From: Vitrella brassicaformis CCMP3155
Taxonomy: Eukaryota > Protista > Chromerida
Reading direction: 5' to 3'
Assembly: GCA_001179505.1 (NCBI GenBank)
Contig: CDMY01000337.1
Location: 1 to 64,000, forward strand
Length of the DNA stretch: 64,000 bases
The position numbers and the translations under genes were made by a program. Positions within the stretch are counted from its first letter, which is position 1, and the number at the start of each line of letters is the position of its first letter. The notes under the pieces are model-generated. The model searched no databases. It saw only the letters and a program-made list of their open reading frames with translations, and was not told the DNA's origin. Below, piece by piece: positions 24,345-36,900 of the stretch.

Positions 24345-26577
24345 ATGGTGAAGCAGAAGCGTTCGTCTTGGAAGCGGATCGAAACAGACGATGTGGAGGC
24401 CGGTCAGAAGGAGGACCAGGTCCGTCGGCATCTCTCGGGCAAGGCCGGCGACGCCCTGTTCGTGGAGGACACCCATGGCAGCACAGCGGGTCTATCGAGA
24501 TCGGTGCGGAAGCGAATGCGGCTGCTCAAGGAGAAGCCCGCCGCCAGGAAGCTGCCCGACCATGTGCTCAGAAGAATGGAGCGCGAGAGGCTCCGGATGG
24601 AGCGGCGGGAAAGGCAGAACCGAAACAAGCAGGTGGGCGGACCAGACCGGGTGGGCGAGGTGCGTTCCCTGATGCAGTCAGTGCTTTTTCATCTACGTTG
24701 GTTGTGTGGTGTGTGTCGTGCAGCTAAGTGCTGAGGACGGTCCGGTGGACTTGTGGGGGTCTTCCACATTGACGGCACCAGCTCCTTCCCGCCCCTCTGT
24801 GCATCCCAATGAGCGCATCAAGGACCGTGTGCGCCGCCGCCATGAGCCCTTCCGCCCGACGGTCGTGGCGCCCGTTCCTGCTGTGCCGCTGCCCCACCCA
24901 GGACAGTCGTACAACCCACACGAACCACACAGACAGGTAGGTACCGCAATAGCAGTTGTTGCCGCACACACACACGATGCACATGGGCGGACAGAGGAAG
25001 AAATGTGTTCCTGCCTGCCTGGTGCGGTTTGTTTGTCTGTCTGTTGGTATGTGTATGTGTGTGTGCAGTCTGCTGTGTTTACTGCGGCTGCGTTGGTGAT
25101 GGCTCAGGACGACCGGCGGGAGATGGTCGAGCGAAGCCTCAAGCCGCTGACGGCATCGCTGGTGAGTGAGTGAGTGGGTAGGTGGATAGATGGATGGGAC
25201 AAGGGAGCGGGCAGGGAGGTGTGGGTCACTTGTCCTGGTGCTGTGCTGCGTGTGTCTGTCTGTCAGATGGATGTGTTGCCTGAGGAGACGGTCAATCAGA
25301 TGGATGACAATGACAAAATACGGGTCGGTCGGCTCACACATGCAATCAACCGACAGAGGCAGGCCACTGTGGTGGGCCGGTATCTCTCTCTCTCTCTCTG
25401 TGTGTGTGTGCGTGTGTATGTGTGTGTGCTGCTGTGCAGGCGTATCAGTTGCTGCAGGAGGGTCAGGACGCGTCAGCTGTGTCGGCATGGTTTGAGGGGC
25501 AGCTCATGCGCAAGCGCGTCAAGAAAGAGGGCGGGGACGGCCAGGACAATGATGATGACGACGACGACGACGCCGCTGATGAAGACCAAGACGAGGATGA
25601 AACCCCTGGAGCTGATGCTTTGAAGACGGCCAAACAGACAAGTAGGCACCCAGGCACCTAACGCATATCTTGGTCGGTGCATATGTGTGTGTGCGGTGCT
25701 GTGCTGTCTCAGAGTTGGGAGAGAAGAAGACCAGGACGCAGCGCAATCGTGAGGCAAGGCGCAAGGCGCAGGACCAACAGGTGTGTGTGTGCCAAAGGGC
25801 ATCACTCTCACATGCATGTGGGTGTGTCTGTCTGTCTGTCTGTCAGCTTCAAGCCAAGTTGGAGCTCAAGAAGCGAAGGCGCGACTTTGAGCAAATCAGT
25901 AAGCTCGTCACACGGTGCGAGGCAGGGAGGGAGGGACCTGATGGTAAGTAAGTCTGCTCGCCTCGCCCATGTGCTGTGCCTTCCTCGCAGAGTCACACCT
26001 GGAGTCGCTCAAGGCCCTTCAAGAGCAGCGGGCCGCACGGCGGCAGTATCGGTACGGATGCATCCGACTAGTGCAGTGCACCCACCCATCTGCTCTTGGC
26101 CGCCTTCATGGCTCATCTGCAGACGGAAAAAGCGCAATCAATGCTCTCTCGTGTGTGTGTGTGTGTGCTGATGATGTGATGCAGTGAGTTGTTGAAGCAC
26201 GAGGCCGAGGAAGCCCAGAAGAGGGGCGAGGCGGCAGCCGCCAAACGACTAGGAAGGGTAACCGACAGACCAGCAGCGCAATCACCCCAACAAACATTAA
26301 TTCCAGACTTTCTATCGTCTTCCTGTGTGTCAAATCCCTTCAGCATGTGTATCGAGAGGCGCCGCCCGACGTGGTGCTGAGCGAGGACGTCAGGGGCTCG
26401 TTGCGGTCAGCCAAGGTGAGTGGATCGGCCATCGCTGACCGAGCCCAGTCCATCTACCGCCGTGGGCTGCTGGAGGCGCCGCCCAAGGGCCGGCAGCACT
26501 ACAGCCGCAAGGTGCGCAAGACACTCAAGCACAAGGAGAACCCCCTGATCAGACGGTACCAGCCGGCCTTGTTCTAG
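24345..26577 (+). CDS. NOP53: Ribosome biogenesis protein NOP53 (GLTSCR2), multi-exon
   Basis: N-terminal KRSSWKRI and LFVED; PAVPLPHPGQSYNP; KKTRTQRNR; C-terminal DVVLSEDVRGSLRSAKVSGSAIADRAQSIYRRGLLE. Confidence 0.88.
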
Positions 26578-27006
26578 CTGACATGACAACCAAGGCAGAT
26601 AGATTGTGTGTCGAGCGATTTGCGCGTGCTTGTTTGCTGTGTCGAAGGCTGGACTTGAGAGAGGTGTGTGATACATCGATGCGCGACATGTGAGTGCGAC
26701 AGGACAGCATCCTGGTGGCTTCGGGTGCATGGACTCAGCGTTCACAGCCAGAAGAGTCCATTGAGTTACACAAAAACCAGGCCCACACAGCAATCGGTGG
26801 GCTCCTTGGTGCACACCAGCCTCAGACATCATGGAGCCTGGCTAGTCTACACGGCGGCCGAAAAATAACAGCGCCTGCCTGCCAGCATCTAAGCAGAGAG
26901 TCCTATGCTACAGAAAGACGATACAGTCCCCCTCCCCCCCTCCCTCCCTCAGTCAATGCTTCATTCAGTCGATGGCCCTCTACCATGACACCAGGAAAGG
27001 CCTCCC

Positions 27007-28347
27007 TCATTCTGGCGACTCTAACAGTATCTGACCATGGCCAGCCCCACCATGGTCGTCCACATAGCTATCATCACCTCCATGCCCCAGCCCGGCCGCT
27101 GTGCCTGCCGCGGGTCCCGCCACAGCCCCGCGACTGGCCTCATCACTCGACTCCTCCTCCGCCTCGTGCAGTGTCTCGTTCTCCATGCCAGCCAGTGCAT
27201 CAGCTGATGCACTGGGGGAGGCCTCCTCGCCCGGAAGACGCAGGTTGGGTGACGGCAGGGCCAGCTCCTCCATCCCCACTGGCTCGTGCCCGTCAACCAG
27301 CTGGTCGGCGAAAGGCACTCCCACGCCGCCACTCGCCAGTGCTGCATCGTCATCAACGGCCGCTGCTGCTCCTACTGGTTGCGACGCATCGGCAGCCGAT
27401 CGTCTGAGTGGCATGGGTGCACCGATGCAACCTTGCCGCCCGACTTTGCCGCCCTCCATCTCCACTCGGTCGTCGTCGTCATCCTCTTGCTCTTCCTCTT
27501 CCTCATCTTCCTCTTCCTCCGACTCATCGGCCTCCAGTCCACGAGCTGCATCCAGCCTTGAGCCAGGAAGACGCTTGCCGCTGACCCCACCGCGCCGCCT
27601 GCGGTACAGATCGCTGCTACTGCTGCTGCGGCTGATGGAACTGCCGCTGGGGGACGAGTCGGAGGGACTCATCACCATGCCGCCAGCAGCAGCAGACGCA
27701 GACGCACCAGAGGAAAACCGCACACGCTTCGGTGGATGGTCAACTCTGTCGTCACTCGGGATGCCCTACACGCAAAGATTGCACGAAATGAACAGGACGT
27801 GACCTCAGCTGATTCTCTGCAGCTCTTATACACCATTTTGTTTGCTCCCCTGCGGCGTGAGGGCGTGTCGACAGCATGGTCGGCCACACAGCGATGAAGG
27901 GGAAGACGACGATGGTGGTGCCGGTGATAGCCGTCGAACGGTACCAGACGCAGCAGACCCGACGACGCACCTGCACACACCATCCACACAGACACTCACA
28001 AGAAGCCTATGAATGCTCTCCATCTTCTCCATGCCGCCCTTACTCGGTGAGCCGGCCCTTGTGGTGCGTGGACTCAGGCAAGCCTGATGAGGCGATGACC
28101 GCGCAAAGAGGTAGTTCCCACAGTGGCCACAGAAGCTCAGCTTGGGTGTCGTTCGTCGACAGTGCCAGCATGTGGTGAGCTGCCGCAGCAGCGATTCAGG
28201 CCGGGTTGAGGGCGAGTGAGGGGAAGGCGGAGCCCTCACACGGGCAGCACGGCGAAAGGATGGCGTGGCGGGCTCCTTGATGTCAGCCTCGGGAACGGCA
28301 GCTGCTTTTTCAGACGCGGCCCGTGGGACATCCTCGCGTGATGCCAT
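27007..28347 (-). CDS. Unknown Ser/acidic low-complexity protein with one C4 zinc ribbon
   Basis: MASREDVPR…CWHCRRTTPKLSFCGHCGNYL (CxxC-x9-CxxCG); the long last exon has poly-E/D tracts. Middle exons only roughly phased. Confidence 0.6.
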
Positions 28348-28744
28348 CTGCCCGGGTGTTCTGCGAGACGACGGGTAGCCGAACCGAAATGGCCCTCTGA
28401 GACCCACCACCTACACGAGTTGTTGCAAACCGGACCGAAGCGACAAGGAAGGTTAAACCTTCAGGAGGTGCGTACCGAAAAGAAAAGATGATAGAGACTG
28501 ATGCGGGTGTAGTAAGGGAAAAAAGCCTGTCGATTGCCTGTAGATATCTTTCTGTGAGCTATCAAGGCATCTGGGGACGATCAATGGCCTGTGTTCTTGT
28601 CTCTCCTGCAGATCTGAGCACCAATACCGAAGAACATCATCTCATTACGGTCTTTCCCTGGCGCTTGTCCAACCGGGACCTACCTGAGATCCGACGTGAG
28701 ATCCGCACCGAACCGAAAGCCCTTGTGAGTGTGACCGAAAGGGT

Positions 28745-29287
28745 TGGTTGGTTATTGTGTTCAACGAGACTCGTGTCTGTAACCCCGAGGGGATCCTGTC
28801 CAGGTCACGCACTAAACTAGCAGCATGCACATGCATAGAAGCATGCACACGGCCTGTCTCCCCATCCCACCCACCCATTCACTCGACACGCACGTGCCAC
28901 CCTATGATGGTCAGAAAATCGCTGTCGACAACGGTTGCAGGTATATGAGAATGACAGCCAGACATAGGCAAGACACCCAGAGGCTAGTCAGAGAGCTCGA
29001 CGTCGAGCGCCCACTGATCTAAGACATGCTGTTCGTACAGCAGCTCGTCGTCTTCCCCTGCCTGACTGTCTGGCAAGAATGGGTTGAGGGCAAGCCACTC
29101 AGTGCGTGTCGCCTGTGCTGACAGAAGAAAGTCGGCCGCTGCAGAAAGCACCGGCAGTTTGTCCGATTGCAGCACACAATAAGTGAACACAATTGGATGT
29201 GACCTGCGCCACAGACGATAACTAGAGGCATCAGGGGCAGTCACGCCATGCCGGCCAACAATTGTGTGCAGAGTGTCCCGCAGAGAG
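28745..29287 (-). mobile_element. 5'-truncated LINE, family B (543 bp): ORF2 C-terminus (stop at 28984), about 240-bp 3'UTR, (AACC)n tail; 9-bp TSD CGAAAGGGT at 28736-28744 and 29288-29296
   Basis: Peptide GVTAPD…RSHPIVFTYCVLQSDKLPVLSAAADFLLSAQATRTEWLALNP aligns ungapped with GLTAPD…RCDALVFAWSLLTSRSLPVQRALAQFLLMAVASRKRWLSLHP of the LINE at 1-710 (about half identical). TSD and tail read directly. Confidence 0.85.
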
Positions 29288-29312
29288 CGAAAGGGTGAAT
29301 GGTCACCTAGGT

Positions 29313-29403
29313 TGGTTGGTTATTGTGTTTAACGAGACTCGTGTCTGTAGCCCCGAGGGGATCCTGTCCAGGTCACGCACTAAACTAGCAGTTTTCGCAT
29401 GCA
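29313..29403 (-). mobile_element. Second, severely 5'-truncated copy of LINE family B (91 bp) with its own 9-bp TSD CACCTAGGT at 29304-29312 and 29404-29412
   Basis: 29313-29391 matches 28745-28823 at 77 of 79 bases; the flanking direct repeat differs from that of the first copy. Confidence 0.85.
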
Positions 29404-29489
29404 CACCTAGGTGAGTCCCGTCGTTCTGCGAGCTTTGTTGTAAAGTCAGGAACTTCACTTGCCGCACCAGCCCTTGTCCCGATCCGGAT

Positions 29490-30740
29490 ATGAACATTGG
29501 CTTTGCACCCATGCTGTCGCAGCCCTTCTCTTTTATCGTTTGCACTGCCATCTTCGCTGCGGTGTCCGCAGCAGCTGCCGAGAAACGGCACCGCCATGGA
29601 CGTCGCGATACCGCTGCAATGGACAAGTACATCGGTCACCACACGGCTCTACCGACGGAGAGACCCCAGACGGTGGCGTTTCACCCAACAGGCAAGCTCA
29701 AATCCTTCCTCGACCATCCCGTTTCGGCATACTCGTACGGCATCGAGGATGGAGACTCGGTGGGCAGGAGATATGCAGCGGCGCATGCCACGAAACCGCA
29801 TGCAGATCTCATGGCCCGGGAGCTGGCGACAAACGCCGACCTCTTCTCCTCACTGATCCAAATCAAACGAGCACAACGGGGCTTAGCGAAGCACAAGGAC
29901 GTCTCTCTCTCCAGCGGCATGGAGGCGGACACGGGCCCTCGGCTGCAGCCTGTGGACTCGTCCTACTCGCGAGTCCTGCAGTATCTCGCGAACCCCTCAT
30001 GGAGCACCATCCAGCAGAAAAGCACCGCTGGCCAGGGCTTGGTCACGAGGACTGCTGGTGACCTCCTTACCCGCGAGATGGAGGGCAACGGTGGGCTTTG
30101 GGAGACTTCTACTAGTAGTGGTCAGTCGACCAAGATCAAGGCGTTCCTGCAAGGCACTCGCAATCAGGCGAGACCCAGCGAGGGGCTTGTCTCGGCCCTG
30201 AGGTGCCGTGTGATGGTCGAGGAGAGGAAGAAGCGGCTGGAGGAGAGCAGCCAGCAGCAGCAGGCGGCCAGCGAGAATGATGAGGACGAGGCTGCGCTCG
30301 GGGCGTACTTGGCCGCCAAGGCCCCCAAGACGGCAGACACCCACCACGAGGCCGCTAGCCATACTTCTTCTCTTGGTGCCAAGGATGGCGGCCTCAACAC
30401 TCAGGAGGTAGGCAGAGAGGATACCCACGAGGGCTCACTGTGTCTGTCTGTCTCCCACACGAATGGCAATTTCTTTGTGTGATGGCCACAATTCATGCAG
30501 AATGGTGGCGAGACAGTGCCCTATCTGAAGGCAGACAGCAGCGACCTGCTCACGCGGGAGATGGAAGGCAATCTGGGGCTCTTCGTCATGCAGCCCTTCG
30601 AGGCGACCCCCAAGCATTCCCGCCCTGCGCCGCTCGTCATCGAAGCCCCAGGAGTGTTCTCTGAAGTGACATCCTATCTGAACAGCAGCAACCTCCAGGG
30701 GATGGAGCAAGACACAGCTGCAACCAAGGCAGAAGGATAA
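29490..30740 (+). CDS. Predicted secreted protein with an internal DLLTREMEGN repeat; 2 exons (29490 or 29511 to 30407, 30501-30740)
   Basis: Signal-peptide-like MLSQPFSFIVCTAIFAAVSAAAA|EK; long open frame; in-frame GT-AG intron. Confidence 0.72.
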
Positions 30741-31234
30741 TGGGCTGGGATGTACCACTAAGGTAGGGGCTGGCTCACGCGTCGATCGCATCGCCTAGGG
30801 CTGGCTGAGCTGTTGAGAGAGAACTGTGCGTGCACTCAGTCAGCTTGGTTGGTGTGTGGCATGCCCCGCATACGTGTATTGTATGGTGTCTGACCATGGC
30901 CCATGACTGCATGAATCGATGGACATAGATATCAGTATGGTCACGCCATGCATGCAATCAATGTCAACCAGAAACCACAGCCATGCAGCATTGTCAAGAC
31001 GCCACATCACATCGCCGGAGAGGCTTCGAGCGCTGAGCGAAGAAACAGAATGCACACAAATGATCAGGCAGGCAGACGGGAAAACAGCAGGCGTACAAAC
31101 TGCCGGCTGAGCCCACATGCCCACCCATTCATCGCATACACACCAACACAAAAGAGACAGACAGGACACATTGACACATTGCCAGCACTCACTCCCTTGC
31201 CCACAATCGCCATGTTTTCCCCCGCCCTGCCTGC

Positions 31235-33736
31235 CTATCGGCCGCCCCCCCGCCGTGTGCGGCGCTTCTTGCCGCTCTTCCTGCTCGACGTACCGGCACC
31301 ATCACCAGCAGCCGGCGCCATCTCGTCGTCTGCTCCATCCTGGACCTCTTCATCCTCATCGTCGGCCATGCCGCCGCCTTCCTCAGATTGGCCTGCTGCT
31401 GCTGTGGGGCTTTCGAGGCGTGCCGTGGCGTCCAGCTGTCCCTTGTCATCGAGCGTGAGGCCCTCCATGAGCTCGGCCAGCTGGATCTCGGGGAACTCGC
31501 ATTCATCGGCCACCGCCGCCTCATCAGTACACTGCTCGGGCTGGTACCTGGAACACACACGCACACACACACACACACACACACACCACACACCACACAC
31601 ACATATAAATGCACTCAACACATGACGACAAACCGAATGCGTTGTTTGTCCGGTGAGCGTACCTTGGGTCCCGGTAGAGGTTGATGTCTTGTCTCATGTC
31701 GACGTCCTCCTCGATCTCTCTCTTGAAGTCCTCGAGGTCCCTGGCGCGAGTGTCGACCTCCATCCTGCGGCCGCCCCTCTCGCCCTCCTCGGCCTCACCC
31801 GCGTCCTTCTCCATCGGCAGGTGCATCAATGTCCACATGCGGCGCTGGTTCTCCTTACGGGGGTAGAACTTGCGGACCAACACCACCTCAGACGGCATCT
31901 GCCATGCCATACCATGCCATGCCATAAACACATAACATACATGTAAGTAATGTAGGCACAGCAGACAGCAATCAATGCATTCATTCATTCCTCCGACATA
32001 CACACGTCGGTGTAGGCCACCTGCCCACCCATTGACCCACCTGTCCCTCAGTGAGTTCGGTGTCGATGCCGCTGACGTTGATGGTGCGCAGGTCATAGCC
32101 AAGGCAGTAGTCCCCCGCCTTCAGAATGTGGCCCAGGTGCGTCTTGACCGTCACGCGCTCGTCGTTCTTGCCAAAGTCACACGCGCGGGCCACCTCCGCC
32201 TCGCACACTACAAACTTGGCGCCACGCGTCGCATTCGTGTTGGCCGACTGGTTGCCGCGGCGGTTCTTGCGATTGTTGGCCGGTGTTGCTGCGGGGGCAG
32301 GTGCGGCTGCTGGTGGAGCATGCTGGCGTGAAGCGTCGGTCGTGTCGACATCAAGGATGACAAACTCAGTCAGGTGACGGCGAGTGAAGACTGACAGACA
32401 GACAAGGCAGGCCGAAGGAGATCGGTGGTCGCTAGAGCCGTGTGTGTGCTGTGTGCTGTCTGTGCATTGTCTGTGGGTTACGTACTGGCCTGGAACGGTG
32501 ACTGCCAGTATTTGACGGAGGGGATCTCGACCGTCCGCAGGGTGAAGGGGTCGATCAGGTGGATGCTGCTCGACACCTTCCGACACAGCATCAACTGCAC
32601 GCACACAGACACAACTCAACATGAATGAACACACCACAGCGAGCCGGTCTGCCTGTCTGCCTGCCTGTCTGACCTGTGGGACGCCTCCCAGAGCGGCGGC
32701 GAGTTTGCCAGGGAGGTACACGAGGTCGTCTTTGCAGATGGGGCAGATTTCCTGGAAGATGGTGTACTTGTAGTTGTAGGTGTTGCTCTTGGAGTCGTGT
32801 GACGTCAGCTGCTTGCTGGACTTGCTGCGCATCGGGAAGAACGAGTTGATGAAGTCCGCCAGCTTCTGCGCGTGCTGCTTGCCCATGAACTGGAAGTCGA
32901 TGCCGTCGGGCTTCTCCACAATGTGCAGCACCTGAACAAAGAATTGAACGAACATCCGCACACACATGACAGACACCATTCCCCCTCCCTCCCTCCCCCC
33001 TCCCATGTATACAGACCTTTTCGTGTGCATCGTGTTTGATGATGAGCTGCTCGAGAAAGAGGAACGTCCGCTTGTGGTCGGTCCGCTGGCGCACCTGGAC
33101 GAGTGCGTTCCATGTGTGTGGGGTGTAGATGCGGTGGCAGTCCTCGCACTTCTGCGACTGGACAACGAACTCGATGACGACGCTCTGCTGCAGGATGGCG
33201 CCGTTCATGACCTCCTTCTGCACCACACACTTGACCTTGATGCGCCGGCTGTGCGGCTCGGTCCAGATGAAGGAGGCGTCCACGAGCTTGACGCCCTTGG
33301 TGTTGAGGCCCTTGATCTTCTTCAGGCACACGGCCAGCAGCTCCTTGCTCTCCAGCTCGCAGTGCAGCCACGGCGGACGGAGGTAGCGGTCGCACTCCTT
33401 GCAGTAGGGCAGCAAGCCAGTGCGGGAGATGCCCTCGGTGATGTCCACCTGAGACCGCAGGCAGCTCACGCACATCATCGCAGGGTTCGCCTCGATGGAC
33501 GTCCCGCACAGACAACCTGCACACACACACACACACACGACACCGACATACGCACACACGACACCGACACACAGACACACAGACACCCAGGCTCAGACAA
33601 GTGCTTGCTTGTGGGAACGCGTGGCTGTCTGTTGTTTGTGGATTGGCTTGCTCTGTTGCTTGTTTGTTTCTTTCTTACACAGAACGGTCGGCATCTGTTG
33701 AGGCGGGCGAGGAGCATCCACAGCAGATGCATCCAT
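31235..33736 (-). CDS. NMD3: 60S export adaptor NMD3, about 7 exons
   Basis: CCLCG…MCVSCLRSQVDITEGI…CKECDRYL.PPW…LESKELLA.CLKK…LVDASFIWTEPHSRRIKVK…CEDC…WNALVQVRQ…HKRTFLFLEQLI…ICPICKDDLV…INLYRDP…NES-like EIQLAELMEGLTL. Confidence 0.96.
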
Positions 33737-33854
33737 GCTTGCCGGGATGATAACGGTATGTTCTCAGCGTTGATTTCTTCGACGATGCTCACACTCCGTG
33801 CTTCACGGCAAGCTGAGGAGCGAGCGGTTTACGGAGGAGCGGTTTCACGAGCTC

Positions 33855-33863
33855 TGCGAGCTA
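33855..33863 (+). promoter_or_regulatory. TGCGAGCTA motif 119 bp upstream of the NMD3 ATG
   Basis: Exact match to recurrent TGCGAGCTW. Confidence 0.45.
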
Positions 33864-33989
33864 TGTATGGGGGTTGGGATAGCCAATGGGATAGCCGTCC
33901 TTCCCCTCGTCCGATTGGTCATGATCAATCGAAATTCAATTCATTGTCTCAATGCACTTCGCCTCAGCAGATGCATCCATGCAGGCACG

Positions 33990-36900
33990 CTGCAGACGAG
34001 CATCAGTGACAAAACACGCAGCCGGTGTGAGAAGGCATGGCATGGCTGCCCATCCATCCATCCATCCATCCATTTAGGTACGTGCCCCCACTTGTCAAGT
34101 CAATCAGTGTAGTCACTCAGACACGCCTGCAGCAGGGAGGGAGGGAGCTGACGTATCGGTATAGTACACAGCGCTGTCAGTGCCACGCATGGCCATGTGG
34201 CCATGGGCATGCAGTGTGGGGTGCGGCGCACACTGTGGAAGTGGGACTGCCTGCCTGTGAGCTGTTTGTTGCATCCATGCAGGGACGCATCAGGTGAGTG
34301 ACAGAGAGAAATGAGGGAGGCCACGGTGGATGGATGGATGGATGCGACACAATGCATGGTGGCTGGAAGAGAAAGAGGTGTGAATATGCAGACATAGTTC
34401 ATAGATACCAGAGCAAGTGTGTAGTATGGCGGATCGGCGGGTGGATCCATCCATCCATCCATCCATTCAAGAAAACGAGCGAGAGAGAGAGAGAGACAAC
34501 AAGAGAGCCATTCACCCATCCATCCATACCTTCACCCACTCACTCAACTATCTATCGCACTTGGATGGACGACATAGACACCAACCAGCAAGTAGACTGA
34601 GCGAGTGAGTGAGTGACAATTAAAGGAGCCACCAACTAGGAACCGTACATACATACAAGGGTCCATGTGATGTGTCTTTCTTGTCTTCCTTCGTGCCTCC
34701 CAATCACCATCCCATCCACCAAATTCGGACGCCGGCCGCCCATCTTCGGGTCACTATTTGCAGCATTCGTGTCCTTCCCGCTTCCTCTCGTGTCAGTTCT
34801 CCATCCCCCTCCCCTCCCGCCTCTCTCTCCCGCAGCAGAAGACTACTGAGCACCAAGCGCACATCTCATGCATCTGCGGATCAAGCAATGAGCCATGACA
34901 GACAGACAGACAGACAAGAGACCATCACAGACGAGTCTGAGGGTGGAGGCGAGAGCTGCTGCAGGTTGTGAGTTGCGTTTCTTGAGCAGTAGTGAGTGGA
35001 AACGGAAGTAGGCAGCCATCAGTCCAATCTACCCACCAACCCACCCATCCAGCCCACAGCCCCGGCCGTCCCTCCTCTGAATTCGTCCATTCAGTCAGTC
35101 AGCAATGCACTCACTCGATGAATGACCCCCTTCCCTCCCTCCCTCTCTGGCTGCCTTCCTTCGCCCTGCCCTGTCTGCCTCTCTGCGGGCGCCCGGGAGA
35201 AAAAAGCGGCAGGCCATCCAAACCCACACACAACACGCACCCGTGGATGCGATACACGCACCATACACACACACACACATGCAGGTAGGTGGTAGGTAGA
35301 TAGGTGGGTAACAATACATAAAGACACTTACTTGTGGATGGAAAGGAAGTGTGTAGCAGCAGACAGGGCAGAAACACGAGCACAAAACGTCAGAATCATC
35401 CCCCGACCGGCCCGGGGCACCGATCGCATCTCACTCACAGCCATGCAGCCATGAGTCAGCCAGTGGGTCCGGTCTCCACCAAGTGAGTGGGCACACACAA
35501 CACAAGACAGCAAAATTCAAACGCCGGTGCTGTTTTCCTTGTACTCATTCATGCCTGGATGCATTTGTTCATAAATGCATTCATTCGTGAGTACGTAAGC
35601 AGGAGCAGGTCAGTCATGTAAGTGGCTGGTGCGTTCTCACGTATTTTTCATTCTTTCATTCATGCAAAAGCACAAAAGTGGGTGGGGTAGTGTAGGGTGG
35701 GGTCGGTCCATCCATCCACCGATGGGTAGGTAGCAGCTCTGGACTTAAAACGCCTCCCTCCTCCATCGCACGTACGTGTACACGTACGTACACTACAAGT
35801 ATGTATGTATGTATGTGTGTATGTATGTGCTGCCGATCCGATCGCGTGCAGACATCCGGATCCGCCCACATACGCAGCACACACAGCATGACACTTACTG
35901 AGTCCTTGCCTTGCCGCACATTCACACATGTGTGCATGGTGTGTATGTCGAGTGAGTGAGTGAGTGTTTGGAAGAAAAGGCGATCCGATTGGCCGTCGTG
36001 GCGTCCACGTGCGTGTGGTGTCTCTGTGTGTGGGCGGTGGATGTCTGTCTCTGTGCTGTGTGGATGTGTTATATGGGCGGCTGGCTGGATCGTGGCTTGT
36101 CTATACTCGTCCGCCCTTCTGTCTGTCTGTCTGTCTGTCTGGCTGGCTGGAAGCCGGGTTAGAAAACGATGGATGGATGCGGGTACCTGCAGTCAGTCCA
36201 TGTATCTATCAGTAGTATCCCAGTGGTAATCCATACCTCGTCGAACTACTCATTGTGAGTGGTGTGTCGCCCGCCTCTCCTATCAGTCCAGCAAGTCAGT
36301 CAGCCGAAAGAGTGCGAATGAAGAACGTGATAGATAGATAGGTGGATGGATGGATGGATGGACCCCTGCCTAGTGAGACAGCCAGGCGGGTGTCAATCGT
36401 GTGGTGTCATCCCCTCCCTCCCTCCCTCCCTCCCCTGTGGTCGAGTCAGTCGATCAATCAAGCAATCGATGAGCAATCGATGACAAATAGAGATCGATGG
36501 GTGGAAGAGAGTGAGTGTGCATGACATGAATGAGTGTGAATGAAATACCCACACACGCACAAACACACACATACACATACACATACACACGTACGCTCAC
36601 ACATAAACCGGCGGGTGGGGACGCACGTAGGTTGCTCGAATGACACGGACACTGAGCATCGACATTGATGGGATGGGTGGACACACAAACAAATAGCCAG
36701 CTGTCTCCCTCCCTCCCTGCCTCCCTCTCCCCTCCCTCTCCTCTCCCCTCCCGTCCTACTCCATTTAGCGGGTCATCGCGTCCCTCCCGCTCTCTCTCTC
36801 TCTCTCTCTCTCACCTCAGTGGCAGCCAGGAGCGTACGTCCGTACGTTGGTGTGCATCCATCGCTGGATGTGAGCATATAGCAGACAGACAGACACAGCA

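Noticed and set aside
28745-29391. 79-bp direct repeats 568 bp apart read as LTRs of a TRIM, or as a Penelope pseudo-LTR
   Set aside because: No TG…CA ends or PBS/PPT; each repeat has its own distinct 9-bp TSD and the interior is a LINE ORF2 C-terminus, so two separate non-LTR insertions explain it.
32966-34009. Long antisense ORFs over NMD3 (similarly 11902-12738, 27101-27802, 60458-61507)
   Set aside because: Shadow frames of GC3-rich coding exons on the opposite strand; no motifs or splice support.
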